Source: Eledone cirrhosa
Lineage: Eukaryota
DNA length: 64,000 bases
NCBI GenBank assembly: GCA_964016885.1
Contig: OZ024743.1
Span: forward strand, 74,772,001-74,836,000
Direction of reading: 5' to 3'
Translations under genes and position numbers: made by a program
Part shown: positions 41,254 through 54,053 of the stretch, piece after piece
Numbering within the stretch: the stretch's first letter is position 1
Layout: each line of letters begins with the position of its first letter
Notes under the pieces: generated by a model
Databases searched by the model: none
What the model was told of the DNA's origin: nothing
The model's input: the letters and a program-made list of their open reading frames with translations, nothing else

Positions 41254-41281
41254 GTGAAACCTTTCAATACAATTAGATAAA

Positions 41282-41365
<84 letters not shown>

Positions 41366-41393
41366 TTTATCTAATTGTATTGAAAGGTTTCAC
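41254..41393. repeat. Palindrome centred on (TA)n
   Basis: gtgaaacctttcaatacaattagataaaatat ... atattttatctaattgtattgaaaggtttcac. Confidence 0.9.
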
Positions 41394-41460
41394 TTTTCAT
41401 ATAAAAACATTGGACTCTGTTCTTTTGTCGTTTAGTCAGAAGGGAGGGCGCATATATATA

Positions 41461-41526
<66 letters not shown>

Positions 41527-41618
41527 TTTGAGTATATGTTGGTTGTATACCAACACCTCAGTATGCGGATTGGAGCACTCGACGAAGTGCGCAGGTTGGT
41601 TTGGTTACTCCGGAGTAA

Positions 41619-42599
41619 TCTATATATATAAAGCTGTGGTTGTCTGTCTGTCTATCGATTTTTGGCACACATCTCCTCTTAGAATCTCTGACGGAATTGC
41701 ACCGAAATTGCTATACTTGTACATTGAGCCCTAGCGAAGACATCAGAAAAAAAATATTTCAAATTGTCCCACCCTATGTGACGAAATCGAATCTAATGTA
41801 TCGATTTTTTAGTGTAAGTGACGAGTTATTTCCCTTTGTTCTGTTTAAATTGAGCGTCTTACGTTTTACGCTGGCTTTCTCAGCGTTTAAAATGACATTA
41901 ACACAATACACGAACAGTTGTCGAGCCAGCAAAATTTTGACCTGCAAAATTCATCAGTTCGAACACTAAGCTTCCGTTTTGCTTCATTTCCATTTAAAAG
42001 CCTTTTAAAACAATATTTTTACTTGAAAACAAGTCTATTTAAAGACTACGTAAAACAAGCAAATATTTCGTAAAAAAAAGCAAAAATTATATAAGTTTAT
42101 TTAAAATATATGTATCTGTAAATTTCGTTAGGCGTGCAGACAGACAGTCGTGCAGAGAGGTGATATACGCGTGCAGACAGACAGTCGTGCAGAGAGGTGA
42201 TATACGCGTGCAGACAGATAGTCGTGCAGAGAGGTGATATAGGCGTGCAGACAGACAGTCGTGCAGAGAGGTGATATAGGCGTGCAGACAGACATAACTG
42301 ATAATTTGGTTACGCTAATGTTTTTCTCTGCGTTGCAGTGTTTACATTTTCGATCTTTGTTAATAAATAACCAGTGCAGTTTTTATCCCCAGCATCCTCT
42401 TTTGTTATAACATTCGGGTTATCGTTATGTTTTCTTAACTTCATAAGGCATATTGTTGGTTGAGGGAATATTAATCAAAAACACCACATGCAAGTCTGCA
42501 CAGTAGACACTACAGTTTTTAAGCCAAAAGAGAAACTTAACATTGTAACTTTAACACAGCTACTGAGCGACCCCGAGCAACGCCGGGCTTTACTGCTAG
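41619..42599 (+). mobile_element. Non-autonomous Helitron-like element
   Basis: 5' TC(tatatatataaagctg..gtctgtctg), 3' ccccgagcaacgccggg hairpin then CTAG, between A and T; internal 37-bp tandem repeat 42130-42295. Confidence 0.8.
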
Positions 42600-42654
42600 T
42601 ATAAAATAAAATAAAATAAATAAGTCAAATGTTTAAAATTTAGCTTCGTTTATT

Positions 42655-42709
42655 ACTGCTATATATATTTCGGTGACAGCCATCTTTGGCTGTGACCTCT
42701 TCAAGCAGT
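42655..42709 (-). ncRNA. Type I hammerhead motif (C3 changed to U) overlapping the left arm of a palindrome
   Basis: minus: ACUGC-UUGAAGA-GGUCACAGCC AAAGAU GGCUGUCACC-GAAA-UAUAUA-UA-GCAGU; the mirror arm near 42859 keeps CUGAAGA. Confidence 0.7.
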
Positions 42710-42873
42710 CCGAATTAGTGTGGTATAGACAAGTACATATGTTGTTGAAGTGTATAACCTTGTCAATACTCTGATATGCCCAGTTCCTGGTTGGGTTGTT
42801 ATTTCACTGAGGAACTGGAATCATATGTACTTGTCTATACCACACTAATTCGGACTGCCTGAAGAGGTCACAG
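42690..42873. repeat. Inverted repeat, ~50-bp arms
   Basis: ctgtgacctcttcaagcagtccgaattagtgtggtatagacaagtacatatg and its reverse complement. Confidence 0.92.
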
Positions 42874-43071
42874 AGTAAAGTTTCACCCTTAACGGGATCT
42901 TCTGAAACTAAAAAAATAAAGGGTGAAAACAGCGATTCTTTGCTTAAACTTTAATCTGTTAACTTTAATCTGTTATTTTAATAAATATTTGCTCTTGGGT
43001 TTTTATATATTTGATATATATTTATCCTTATCGAGCCCTCTTTGGATTTTAGTCTTCACATTTATTATTAT

Positions 43072-43158
<87 letters not shown>

Positions 43159-43202
43159 AGATAGAGAGAGAGAGAGAGAGGGAGAGAGAGAGAGAGAGAG
43201 AT

Positions 43203-43247
<45 letters not shown>

Positions 43248-43305
43248 GAACACTGGAAGGTAATATCCTTAGTGGTAGAGCACTCAGTCCATGGGGCGAG
43301 TTTGG

Positions 43306-43413
43306 TAGAAGTAGTAACGCAACAGTTAGTTCACCATACGGAGAACAATTGTTTCACCTTAGATGAAACAATTGTTCTCCGTATGGTGAACTAACTGTTG
43401 CGTTACTACTTCT
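43306..43413. repeat. Near-perfect palindrome, ~50-bp arms
   Basis: tagaagtagtaacgcaacagttagttcaccatacggagaacaattgtttca / tgaaacaattg...cttcta. Confidence 0.95.
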
Positions 43414-43712
43414 ATATATATATGATAGCCGATTGACTTTCGTCAAATCGGACCGAGGAAACAATGTTTCCGATGGTCTTTCCAATTGCTAATACTATCT
43501 ATCGGTCGCAACTCCAGGTAGAAGGAGCAACGTGAAAATAAAGTGTCTTGCTCAATGACATAACGCATCACCCGGTCCAAGAATCGTACTCACAACCTCA
43601 CAATTGTGAATCCAATTCTCTAACCACTCATGCATATATATATATCAAAAGTATATATTGAGTTATAAACTCACAAAGCAAAGAAAAGAATCCCCAGTCA
43701 CTGAAGAGGTCA

Positions 43713-43818
43713 CAGAACTCCGCTTCCAGAATTACCTATGGCAGAGTGAAGAAAAAGCAGGTGTGGTTACAATTTTTTTCTTCACTCTGCCATAGGTAAT
43801 TCTAGAAGCGGAGTTCTC
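43713..43818. repeat. Inverted repeat, ~43-bp arms
   Basis: agaactccgcttc..aattacctatggcagagtgaagaaaaa and reverse complement. Confidence 0.92.
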
Positions 43819-44509
43819 TGTACACACCTGTTTATGTGACGGAATAGCCATCACGATTTACATTTACAGTGGTATAATTGTATACGGTATGACAATTTGT
43901 TTCAATGCCGATTCGGCCTTACTGTGAATTTCACTTGGGACGTTAGTGTGGTAAGGAACCAGGTGGACCATAACGCACCAGAGTACTCATACTTAGGATA
44001 GTAGAGTGGGTAATAGGAAAATTTCCAAGACTCCAGAAATAGCCGTCGACGTCTTGAACATTTTCCTATATATATATAAATGTTAGTTTCTCTAATGAAA
44101 GATAAAAAGAAAGAGAGTTTGAAAAAACGAAATACACAAACCCTGTATTTATCAGACGGAATTAATTCAAGTTACATTATTCAGAAATTCAACAATACGC
44201 TGTCAAAACTGAAGCTATCGATTCTTTCATTGGAATTATATAAATAAATATTCTATACACATCAGTGTTGTATCACCTGTGTGTTAGAAAAGTGTTTGAT
44301 ATGTGATTTAAAATTCCAATAACCCTCTCTTAAGACTGGATTTCAGTAAGATGGATGGGAACAGCTTCAAGAAGGAGAAGATATGATAGGTGTCTTCGTG
44401 TATTTAGCACCGACAAAAATATAATTCTCTAAGATTAAGGCTAGGTGTAAATATGATTAGCTGAATAACTTGTGATTATTTGAGAATATTGTTATATTAC
44501 GAATAGTAG

Positions 44510-46045
44510 AAGGGACAGCAGCAATAACAGCAGCGACAGCAGCAGTGACAGCAGCAACAACAACACCGATAACAGCAACAGCAGAAAGGACAGCAGCAAT
44601 AACAGCAGCGACAGCAGCAGTGACAGCAGCAACAACAGCACCGATAACAGCAACAGCAGCAGGGACAGCAGCAATAACAGCAGGGACAGCAGCAGTGACA
44701 GCAGCAACAACAGCAGCGACAGCAACAAAGACAGCAACAACAACAACAGTAACAACAACAACAGCAGCACCGATAACAGCAACAACAACATTAACAACAG
44801 TAACAATAAGATCATCATCAACAGCAACATCACCATCAACAACAACAACATCAACAACAACCACCACAACAACACCAACAACACCACCCCCAACAACAAC
44901 AACAGCAACAACAACAACAACACAAATAACACCACCACCAACAACACCACCACTAACAACAACAATAACAACACAGACAACAACACAACCAACACCAACA
45001 GCAACAACACCATCAACACCAACAACATCACCAACAACAACACTTCACCACCAACAACAACAACAATAACAACACTACCACCACAACAAACAACAACACC
45101 ACCACCACCAACAACAACAACAACACCAACAACAACACCAACACCGCCAAAAACACCATCCCCACCAACAACACCACCAACAATACCACCAACAACACCA
45201 CCATCAACAACAACAACCACAACAACACCAACAACGCCACCACCACCAACACCACCACAAACACCACCAGCGCCACCACCAACACCATCACCACCAACAC
45301 CACCACCAACACCACCACCAACACCACCACCAACACCAATACCAGCACCAACACCACCACCACCACCACCCTCCATCACCACCACCAACAACAACACCAC
45401 CACTACCACCACCACCACCACCAACACCACCACCACCGCCAACACCACCACCACCAACCACCAACACCACCACCACAAACACCACCACCACCAACACCAC
45501 CATCACCAACCATCACCACCAACCACCACCACCACCAACACCACCACCACCACCACCAACACCACCACCAACAACAGTAACAACATCACCACCACCACCA
45601 CCAACACCACCACCAACACCACCACCACCAACCACCACCACCACCACCACCACCAACACAACAACACCACTACCACCACCAACCACCACCACCACAACCA
45701 CCACCAACACCAACACCGCCAAACCACCACCAACACCACCACCACTAACACCAACACCGCCAAACCACCACCAACACCACCACCACTAACACCACCACCA
45801 CCACCACCACCACCAACACCACCAACACCACAACCAACACCACCACAACTAACATCACCACCAACACCACCACCAACACCGCACCACCACCAACACCACC
45901 ACCGACACCACGACCAACACCACCAGCGACAACACCACCACCAACACCACCAACACCACCACCACTAACACCACCACCAACACCACTACCAACACCACCA
46001 CCAACACCACCACCAACACCACCACCACCACCAACAACAACAACA
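44510..46045. repeat. Degenerate trinucleotide (CAG/CAA/CAC)n low-complexity tract
   Basis: direct reading; gradient from CAG/CAA to CAC. Confidence 0.9.
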
Positions 46046-46191
46046 GTAATAGTAGTCAGCCATTAACAATATCTACACCTCTGTTTATATCAAACATGGA
46101 TGTCGTGCTTCTGGAATGTAAATGTCGGCAGGTGGCGCGATTATTGTAAATTGATGATCCATGTTAATCTCATGTGACACAGCCTTGATAA

Positions 46192-46250
<59 letters not shown>

Positions 46251-46504
46251 TTTTGAAACAAGTTCAGATCTTCTTAAGCTGTCATATGGTAGCATCAGTC
46301 AGGATTGCCCTATATTACTACTGGTACTGGTTCACAGGCAGGTAACCAAATCCAGGTAAACAATCAACATTTGTCCCTATCCGTATGGGTTAACTAAACT
46401 GAAACCCCACGTCTCAATACCGGTAGTTAGAGCTGTGTGATTACGACGACTGATTTGTATTCCATCTCTCTAGGCGGCGCCATGTTGGGCATTATAGGAA
46501 TACA

Positions 46505-46642
46505 AAGAGTTACGGCCCTTTATGATCTGAGTTCAAATCCCGCCGAGGTTAACTTTGTCTTTCATCCTTACGGGGTCGATAAAATAAAGTACCAGTAATG
46601 TACTGGGTATTTGCTGGCCTTGTGCCTAAAGTAGAAACAATT
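46505..46642 (+). mobile_element. 5'-truncated SINE with possible TSD attataggaataca
   Basis: same family; attataggaataca at ~46491 and ~46640. Confidence 0.85.
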
Positions 46643-46689
46643 ATAGGAATACAGAGAGACGTCCGAACTAATATCTTTCACCTATTAAC

Positions 46690-46975
46690 TTACCCTCTAC
46701 CTCTGGGTCCCGGCCGCCGACACGATGAAAAATACATTGACCCGGAGTACGGAGAGGGAGACGTGCTGGAACAGCCACTCCATCTTGCGGGGTAGCACTT
46801 GCTGGCAACCAACTCCACTACGATAGCAGTGAGTAGGGATGTGGTCCGGGGACCAAGAACACCGGAGGTCTCCACTGCTATAGACTTACACCTACGTGCA
46901 GCCAACTCCACTCCGATAGCAGTAGTAGGGATGTGGTCCGGGGAGCAAGAACACTGGAAGTTTCCACTGCTACAG
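46690..46975 (-). mobile_element. 3' remnant of CRE-like RLE retrotransposon with local duplication
   Basis: AVETSGVLGPRTTSLL resembles CRE-type C-terminal AVET.G..GP motif; caactccact..gatagcagt.agtagggatgtggtccgggg duplicated. Confidence 0.55.
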
Positions 46976-47487
46976 GCTCTAACACAAACCTATCTGAGAA
47001 CGGTCGATGCTTGGACAGTTTGCTCTCTTCGGCCTGGTGAACAGCAGATAGAATTTATAAAATTAATAAATATAAATAACCATCAACTTTTAAAAAACTT
47101 AACATTTTGATTCTTCACCCTTAAAATAACATAAATTAAAAATTTAAAAACTTAACTGTTTAGCCTTTAAGGAAAACACTTTTTTCTGCATATATTACTC
47201 CCCTTTATCTCTCCCTCTCCTTAAATCTTCTATCAGCCCCATTCATAAGCTGTTATAATTCAAGAGACGTATTCCTAGATAATCTTAAATTGTAGTATCC
47301 CACATTTTAAAAACTCTATAGCTGTCACATTAAGCAACGTTTTTCTTACTCATACATTCTCTATTGAATTTATTACGTTTTCGCATTTTCTCATTATTAG
47401 GGTATAAATGTTGAGTTTTCTCTTAGGTTAATCACAACTTTGGTTACATCTTAACCATTTAACATCTCAGGGTATGTCATGTATCAT

Positions 47488-47547
47488 TATATTTTGTCTG
47501 ATGAGGACGTACTGTTGTACCTCTGAAATATGTATAATAAAATATAA
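47488..47547 (+). ncRNA. Type I hammerhead motif (family shared with 50860/51045)
   Basis: UAUAUUUUGU-CUGAUGA-stem II-GAAA-UAUGUA-UA-AUAAAAUAUA. Confidence 0.7.
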
Positions 47548-47586
47548 ATGATCAAAAGAACATCTATTTTATTAATATGTGTACTG

Positions 47587-47624
<38 letters not shown>

Positions 47625-47666
47625 GTTATTCCGGGTTGAATCTCATCTATATTAAAACTATATATT

Positions 47667-47769
<103 letters not shown>

Positions 47770-48008
47770 GTATGTTTATATATACATATATCTATATATA
47801 TATATACATATGTATGTATATATATATATACATATAAGTATATATATATATAGAGAGAGAGAGCGACTCAGAGACGGGCGTGCATTGTAGCAGCATGCTA
47901 CTACGTCCGTCTCTGGGTCAAAAGCATAACACACTTTTTCCTATTTGTTTTTCTTTGTTTCCTAAAAGCTTACCACCATTCCCTTGGTATATATCTATTA
48001 CACAATTT

Positions 48009-48066
48009 ACACCTGATGAGTTCACCGGGTTCTTACGCAACCTGGCCACTGAAATGTTTATAGTGT
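48009..48066 (+). ncRNA. Type I hammerhead-like motif
   Basis: ACAC-CUGAUGA-(ccgggtt/aacctgg stem II)-GAAA-UGUUUA-UA-GUGU; stem I only 4 bp. Confidence 0.55.
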
Positions 48067-48154
48067 TTACAGTAATAACAAATTAAGGCAATTCAATATA
48101 TATGGCCTCCTGTCATTTCACTTTATAATATATATATAAATATATATATATATA

Positions 48155-48386
48155 TATTAGAAATGTAAGCTATCGCCGTATTTTGACTAAAGAAATTAAA
48201 GAAATTATTTAGCCTGATAGTGGGGTTAAGAACCCTCGGAGAAATGGAAAAAGATGAGTATTGACGTACATGTACGTTAACACTCATCTTTTTCCATTTC
48301 TCCGAGGGTTCTTAACCCCACAATCAGGCTAAATAATTTCTTTAATTTCTTTAGTCAAAATACGGCGATAGCTTACATTTCTAATA
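48155..48386. repeat. Long palindrome, ~115-bp arms, adjacent to (TA)n
   Basis: tattagaaatgtaagctatcgccg... centre acgtacatgtacgt ...cggcgatagcttacatttctaata. Confidence 0.95.
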
Positions 48387-48625
48387 ATTTCAAACCCACT
48401 CGCTGTTTCGAAAATATTCTTACTTGATATATATATATAAATTAATAAAAACAATGAATAAAAACAAAGAACAAGTTCCTTATATTAAAAAATTCATCAT
48501 TTTACGATCGTTTCTAGGATATATATGTGTGTTGGTATGTATATCATATAGATCTATGTAAAAATATTACAAACTATCAGAGGAAATATACATACCTTCA
48601 CATATATATGCTGTCTTCAGAAATA

Positions 48626-48697
<72 letters not shown>

Positions 48698-48724
48698 TAT
48701 ATATAAATATATATATATATATAT

Positions 48725-48769
<45 letters not shown>

Positions 48770-49287
48770 CATATATATACAAATATGTATGTGTGTGTGT
48801 GTTTGGGTGTGTGTATATATATCGAACTAGATATGCAAGGGATAAAACAAGGATTGATGGTAAACTTATATAGGATAAGTAAAAACAAAGCGAAAAATGA
48901 TTATTTTACAATTTACATAAAATATTCACAATTTCTTTTGTTTTTATCATCAATATATTTTAAAACTGCGTCGTTGTTTTATATCAATCTTGTTTTTTGT
49001 CATCGATTCTAGATTAGATATTAAATCACGGAACAATAAGAAGTGGCAGCTGTCTTTTCATCAAGCCCCATTAACTTTGAAACATTTTAGATTTGGTGAA
49101 AATTTCAATCTATATTGTAAAAAAAAGGGATTTATTTATTATTTCCATACCTAGATTTCCATTACGTTTTTCGTTATTTCTTTAGCAGCTGACGTCAGTA
49201 CGTGAATCTCCCAGTCGAAATGAGAATGGTTCGCAAACTATCGCGAGAACAGTAATATACTTGTAGATATAATGCTTTCTTATGTAG

Positions 49288-49487
49288 TCACAAGGCCAGC
49301 AAATTTGAGGGAGAGGGGGGGTCGGTTAAATCGATCCCAGTGCGTGACTGGTACTTTATTTTATCAACCCCGTAAGGTTGAAAGGCAAAGTTAACCTCGG
49401 CAGGATTTGAACTCAGATCATAAAGGGGCGTAACTCTATGCTGCAAAAAATGGCGTCCGACCCTCTACCGATAGTGACACTCCACCG
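49288..49487 (-). mobile_element. tRNA-derived SINE (variant with internal insert); further partial copy 49625-49720
   Basis: reverse-complement core and B-box. Confidence 0.8.
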
Positions 49488-50859
49488 ATAATGTTGCACT
49501 TTATGTCACTGATTTGCAAGTTTCAAATATATACCACGGGAAATCTTAGCTATTGTTTCTAGGCGGTCAGTTGATGTCGTTAGAGATTCCAATAGAATGC
49601 TGCTTTACATTTCATCAAATAATGGTTTCTCATTTAGGCACGTGGCCAATAATTTTGGGGCCGGGGAAAGTTGATTAGATCAACCCCCAGTGCATTACTG
49701 GTACCTTATTTTATCGATCCCATAAGTCAAATATTTCTATTTTCTCTTTCTCTCTATCAGATTTATATACCTTAACAGACGTTGTATATTGTGACTGTAC
49801 TCGAGTTGAGGAATCAACGAAGAAAGGGTCTGATAATTTATTTTTCTAAATTATCTAAACTATAATAAAGTAAGGAGTGCGGGACTGCGTACGGTTTATT
49901 TCTTTTAATCCAGTTAGTAAAATAAGTTGGATTACTTTGAATAAATAATGAATGAATATTACATAATTTATCTACTAAATTTCGTAGCTTTTGATTAAAT
50001 ATATTTTATTGTTTATTTAAAGATTCACAAATTTTCAAGTGTCAACACTTCCGGTTAGCGATCGCTTAAATAAATATTCATATATTTCCGTCACTAATTT
50101 TCTCCTAATGCAGTTTATATATAATATCGTCTTTTTTTAATGTATCATGGATTACGTTACTGATTACAGAAGACAGTATAACGCAGTCTTCATTCAATTT
50201 CTGTATATATTGTCAATAACGATTCTATTTGATGTATCATATCTACATGTATATATACTTGCGTATAATATCAATATGTACACTACACATGCTAGCAGAA
50301 ACCCACCCGAAGGGTGGTTTTTCTGCTAGTTTACTATAAATTGACATCTAAGAAAATAAAATCAGAAAGATAGATATATCACTTTACAACACTATATGAA
50401 AGAAAAGGGTTTCACTTTGCTGTTCTTCAACATTTAAACAACGCCACAACTGATTAACATATAATAACTGTCACGTTCTCTTTTACTAATAAATCTCATA
50501 CTAACTCTAAGTCTCTCTCTTTCTCTCTAAAGTATGTTTCAACCAGGAGTCTCATCTGCTTGGTGCTTAACCCGGTTTGAAGACGTGAAATGACTGAGAG
50601 TACCAGACTCCTCCTCTTCCGGGACATTACACCAATCCATTGCAGGGTTTTATACTAACTGCTTGAACATGTAGTGAAAAAGTGACATGTATGAAACACT
50701 ACCACCACGTTTTATATATATAACCAAAAGTTTATATGGTTCGTTGATTATTCAACGAATTCAATTTTACAATAGATTAGAAGCACTCGACAATGATTTA
50801 TCTGGAGTATCTATATTATTCAAAATATTAATAAATGAAAAATATTATAATAACCAAAG

Positions 50860-50930
50860 TATATATTTTATTATACATATTTCAAAGGTACAATGGTATT
50901 TCAGTACGTTTTCATCAGATAAAATATATA
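50860..50930 (-). ncRNA. Type I hammerhead motif (left arm)
   Basis: mirror of 51045-51115. Confidence 0.65.
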
Positions 50931-51044
50931 AGAGATTGGATATACGACATACCGCTAAGGTACTTGAATCTTCAATTCCTGGACTGCCACTACAGGAATT
51001 GAAGATTCAAGTACCTTAGCGGGTATGTTGTATATCCAATCTCT

Positions 51045-51115
51045 TATATATTTTATCTGATGAAAACGTACTGAAACACCATTGTACCTTTGAAATATGT
51101 ATAATAAAATATATA
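51045..51115 (+). ncRNA. Type I hammerhead motif (right arm)
   Basis: UAUAUAUUUUAU-CUGAUGA-stem II-GAAA-UAUGUA-UA-AUAAAAUAUAUA, 12-bp stem I. Confidence 0.7.
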
Positions 51116-51225
51116 CTTTGGTTATGATAATATTTCTCATTTATTAATATTTTGAATAATATTATACCTAATATATATTTGTGAAATGGGCGGTGGTTGT
51201 AATTCAGATGTGCAAGGTTAAATGG

Positions 51226-52360
51226 TAGTAGACGTGGTCGGACTGACATGAAAATTTACATACCTATGTAAAAAGTGCCAAGGAAGCAAATAGACGAGGT
51301 TTCAAATCTCTAACTTGAAACATGTGGTCCCTGGGGCCCCAAAACTATCGCGTTCGGTGAGTTATTTCCCCCTGTTCGAATACTTTTGTCTTATTTACAA
51401 TTTCATACAAATTTTTTAAATCATCAACGTTCTTTCGCGGTTAACATACAGTACCAATAATTTTAAAAATATTATTGAAAGTTTATTATAAAGAAGCAGT
51501 TTCAGGCAAAAGTGTAAACTATCATACAAACCTTCATAATATGCATTTTTAAACTTGCATATCATCGACATTGCTATTTCGCTGTTAATAAACTATCATC
51601 CTTCTACATTTAACGATCATACAGTACCGTTTTATGAAATCGATTCTGCAGTACGGTCACTGTTTTCCATCAAAAGAAATAAAACCCTTAAATTGCGAAG
51701 AAGGGACGCGTGTTTTTATTTTAATTCTAATACATGTTAACCACCACTAACAACAAGTGCATATTTCTATTTTTTTTTCCTGAAACTGCTTCTTTATAAT
51801 AAACTTTCAATAATATTTTTCAAATTATTAACTTAATAAAAAGTAGACGTGGTCGGACGGACATGAAAATTTACACGCCTATGTAAAAAGTGCTAAGGAA
51901 GCAAATAGACGTGGTTTCAAATCTCTAACTTGAAAAATGTGGTCCCTAGGGCCCCCGAACAGTCTATTTATTATCGCTTCCGGTGAGTTATTTCCCCCTG
52001 TTCTAATACTTGGATGAGTTATTTTCCGTAGTCGCTTTCAATATTCATTGTCTTATTTACAATTTCATACAAATTTTTAAACTCATCAATTTTTTCAAAA
52101 CATATCAAACACAACGTTCTTTCGCTGTTTTTGAAAAATATTATTGAAAGTTTATTATAAAGAAGGAGTTTCAGGGAAAAAAATAGAAATATGCACTTGG
52201 GACTGGACGGCGTACAATGAGAAGTGAAGCGACGTGAAAAGCGTTGTTTATTAACAGCGAAATAGCAATGTCGATGATATGCAAGTTTGAAAATGCAGAT
52301 TATGAAGGTTTGTATGATAGTTTACACTTTGATTGCCCTGCAACCGGGCTCAGCTGCTAG
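51226..52360 (+). mobile_element. Rearranged Helitron-like element with internal direct and inverted duplications
   Basis: gtagacgtggtcggac.gacatgaaaatttac at ~51228 and ~51843; inverted blocks; ends gccctgcaaccgggc..CTAG|T. Confidence 0.6.
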
Positions 52361-52764
52361 TATATATATATATATATATATATATACGTATGTATGTGTG
52401 TATATATATATATATATATAGTATAAAGAAAACGAAAAATCAGTGATGCATCTGGACTTAATTTATTGCGTGTTACAATTGTTTCGCCAGCAGGTAGCTC
52501 GAGACATGGTCCCTGTATGGATCTGGCTGACTCTACTGCTGCAGGTTCTTTCAGATACGGGTATTTCGTTCGGAGCAAATGTTATCACTGGAGTGTTATG
52601 AGCAAAAAATACCTTAAAAAAACCCTCTTCCACTCCTGTCATACCATTGGCTGTTTTTACTCCACGTCATCACAAGTTCTGGTCAGTGTTTACTGCCACA
52701 CGGTCATCAGCTAATTTCCGTCCGACACACTTCAATGGAGTCATGCTGGGTTCAGCATCTCACA

Positions 52765-52809
<45 letters not shown>

Positions 52810-52881
52810 GTAAGTATGCATGTATACGTACATACATATATGTATACAGACGTACAGTAGCATGCACATATATATATATAT

Positions 52882-53489
52882 ATGGTGGCTGCCAACTCGT
52901 TTTCGAGTACGGCCACTACTTTATATCCATATAGGAGAACCCCTACCAATGCAGTGAACGAGTGTGACCTTTTAGTCCAGCCAGCGACTTGAAAACTCTG
53001 GTACAAACACTACACTTGTGACAAATATTGACACATAGTGCTGGGGCCATGGTACCCTGTGACGACAAGTGCAGAGAGATCTCCAGATATAAAGCAATGC
53101 CTGTGCCGTGAAGCTTTTATAGTGAGCAAAGGCACTGCACAAAGCCAGTCCCACTCTCTTAACCAAGATGATATTTACCAAAAAGAAGAACAAGTCAACA
53201 TCATTGGATACCATCAGAGTTGCAGGTGTTATATCAGAGTTTTCCTTCTCCTAGAATTCTGCCTTGACAAAGGCTAAGGGGTCATCTCTCCCGGTGATTT
53301 TGGATGGCCATTGACTCTTAAGAGCTCCTTTGCCCTTTGACAGGTCTTGTTTTTAGTCCTGCAGGATGTCCAAAGTCACCCTCCTCACCAAGAAACCTTG
53401 GTGGGGTTGCCAGTTTAGTCGCCAACGACCCGACCATGGGACAGGTTGTACTGGGATACATGTTACCAGTAGCACCAACTGGTGACCTG
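52882..53489 (-). mobile_element. Bipartite non-autonomous RTE derivative, copy C, inserted in the (TA)n of a hammerhead-repeat unit
   Basis: same as copies A/B; host unit sequence continues on both sides (52806-52881 and 53490-53727). Confidence 0.92.
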
Positions 53490-53670
53490 ACATATATATA
53501 TATATACATATATACATACATATGCATACAGGTACACATACATATATGCACGTATCAGTTTAGCGGCGCTAACGTCGCTTTGTTCGTTTGTAAACAAACT
53601 GAACAGCCTGAATTTATGCCATACGGTGTTAAGGCAACCACGTCACCTTTTTGTTCAACACTGACACAGG

Positions 53671-53715
53671 AACGATGTACTAGTTTCAAGCTTGTTAGCT
53701 ATCATCAGCACCGTT
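53671..53715 (-). ncRNA. Minimal type I hammerhead in the inverted arm
   Basis: reverse complement of 54009-54053. Confidence 0.82.
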
Positions 53716-54008
53716 TACCCATCTGCCTGTATGCATATGTATGTATATATGTATATATATATATATATGTGCATGCTACTGTACGTCTGTATACATATAT
53801 GTATGTACGTATACATGCATACTTACATTTAAGTAAGTGCCATACTAAGAGTGAGAAATGAAATTTCGTTTTCATTTTGTTTCAATTTATCGTTTTCGGT
53901 ATGCCTGGCCGATTTAACTCACTCAATATGCAAATTAGGCGGCTCAGCCGTTAATTTTCATAAGGAAAGTATATACTTTCGAACGTTCAACTATCTGGCA
54001 GATGGGTA

Positions 54009-54053
54009 AACGGTGCTGATGATAGCTAACAAGCTTGAAACTAGTACATCGTT
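54009..54053 (+). ncRNA. Minimal type I hammerhead ribozyme; predicted cleavage after GUA at 54046
   Basis: AACGGUG-CUGAUGA-U AGCU AACA AGCU U-GAAA-CUAG-UA-CAUCGUU; 7-bp stem I, palindromic ACUAGU stem III. Confidence 0.85.

Larger units (their letters stand above)
50813..51162. repeat. 350-bp palindrome with a hammerhead motif in each arm
   Basis: arms ~170 bp, 11-nt loop near 50982-50992. Confidence 0.95.

Noticed and set aside
42130-42295. 37-bp repeats as a CRISPR array
   Set aside because: Contiguous tandem units with no unique spacers, eukaryotic context, no cas genes
44457-46043. Thr/Ala-rich or Val/Leu-rich ORFs resembling mucin or antifreeze glycoprotein
   Set aside because: Trinucleotide low-complexity tract open in many frames on both strands; no unique domain, start context or splice evidence
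48209-48250. Hammerhead in the 48155 palindrome (ctgatagt...gagaaa)
   Set aside because: Core deviates from CUGANGA and no stem I or III pairing found
52465-52560. Complete hammerhead on the minus strand
   Set aside because: Only the GAAA-CAAUUG-UA half is clear; the 5' core reads CUGAAAGA and stem I is weak
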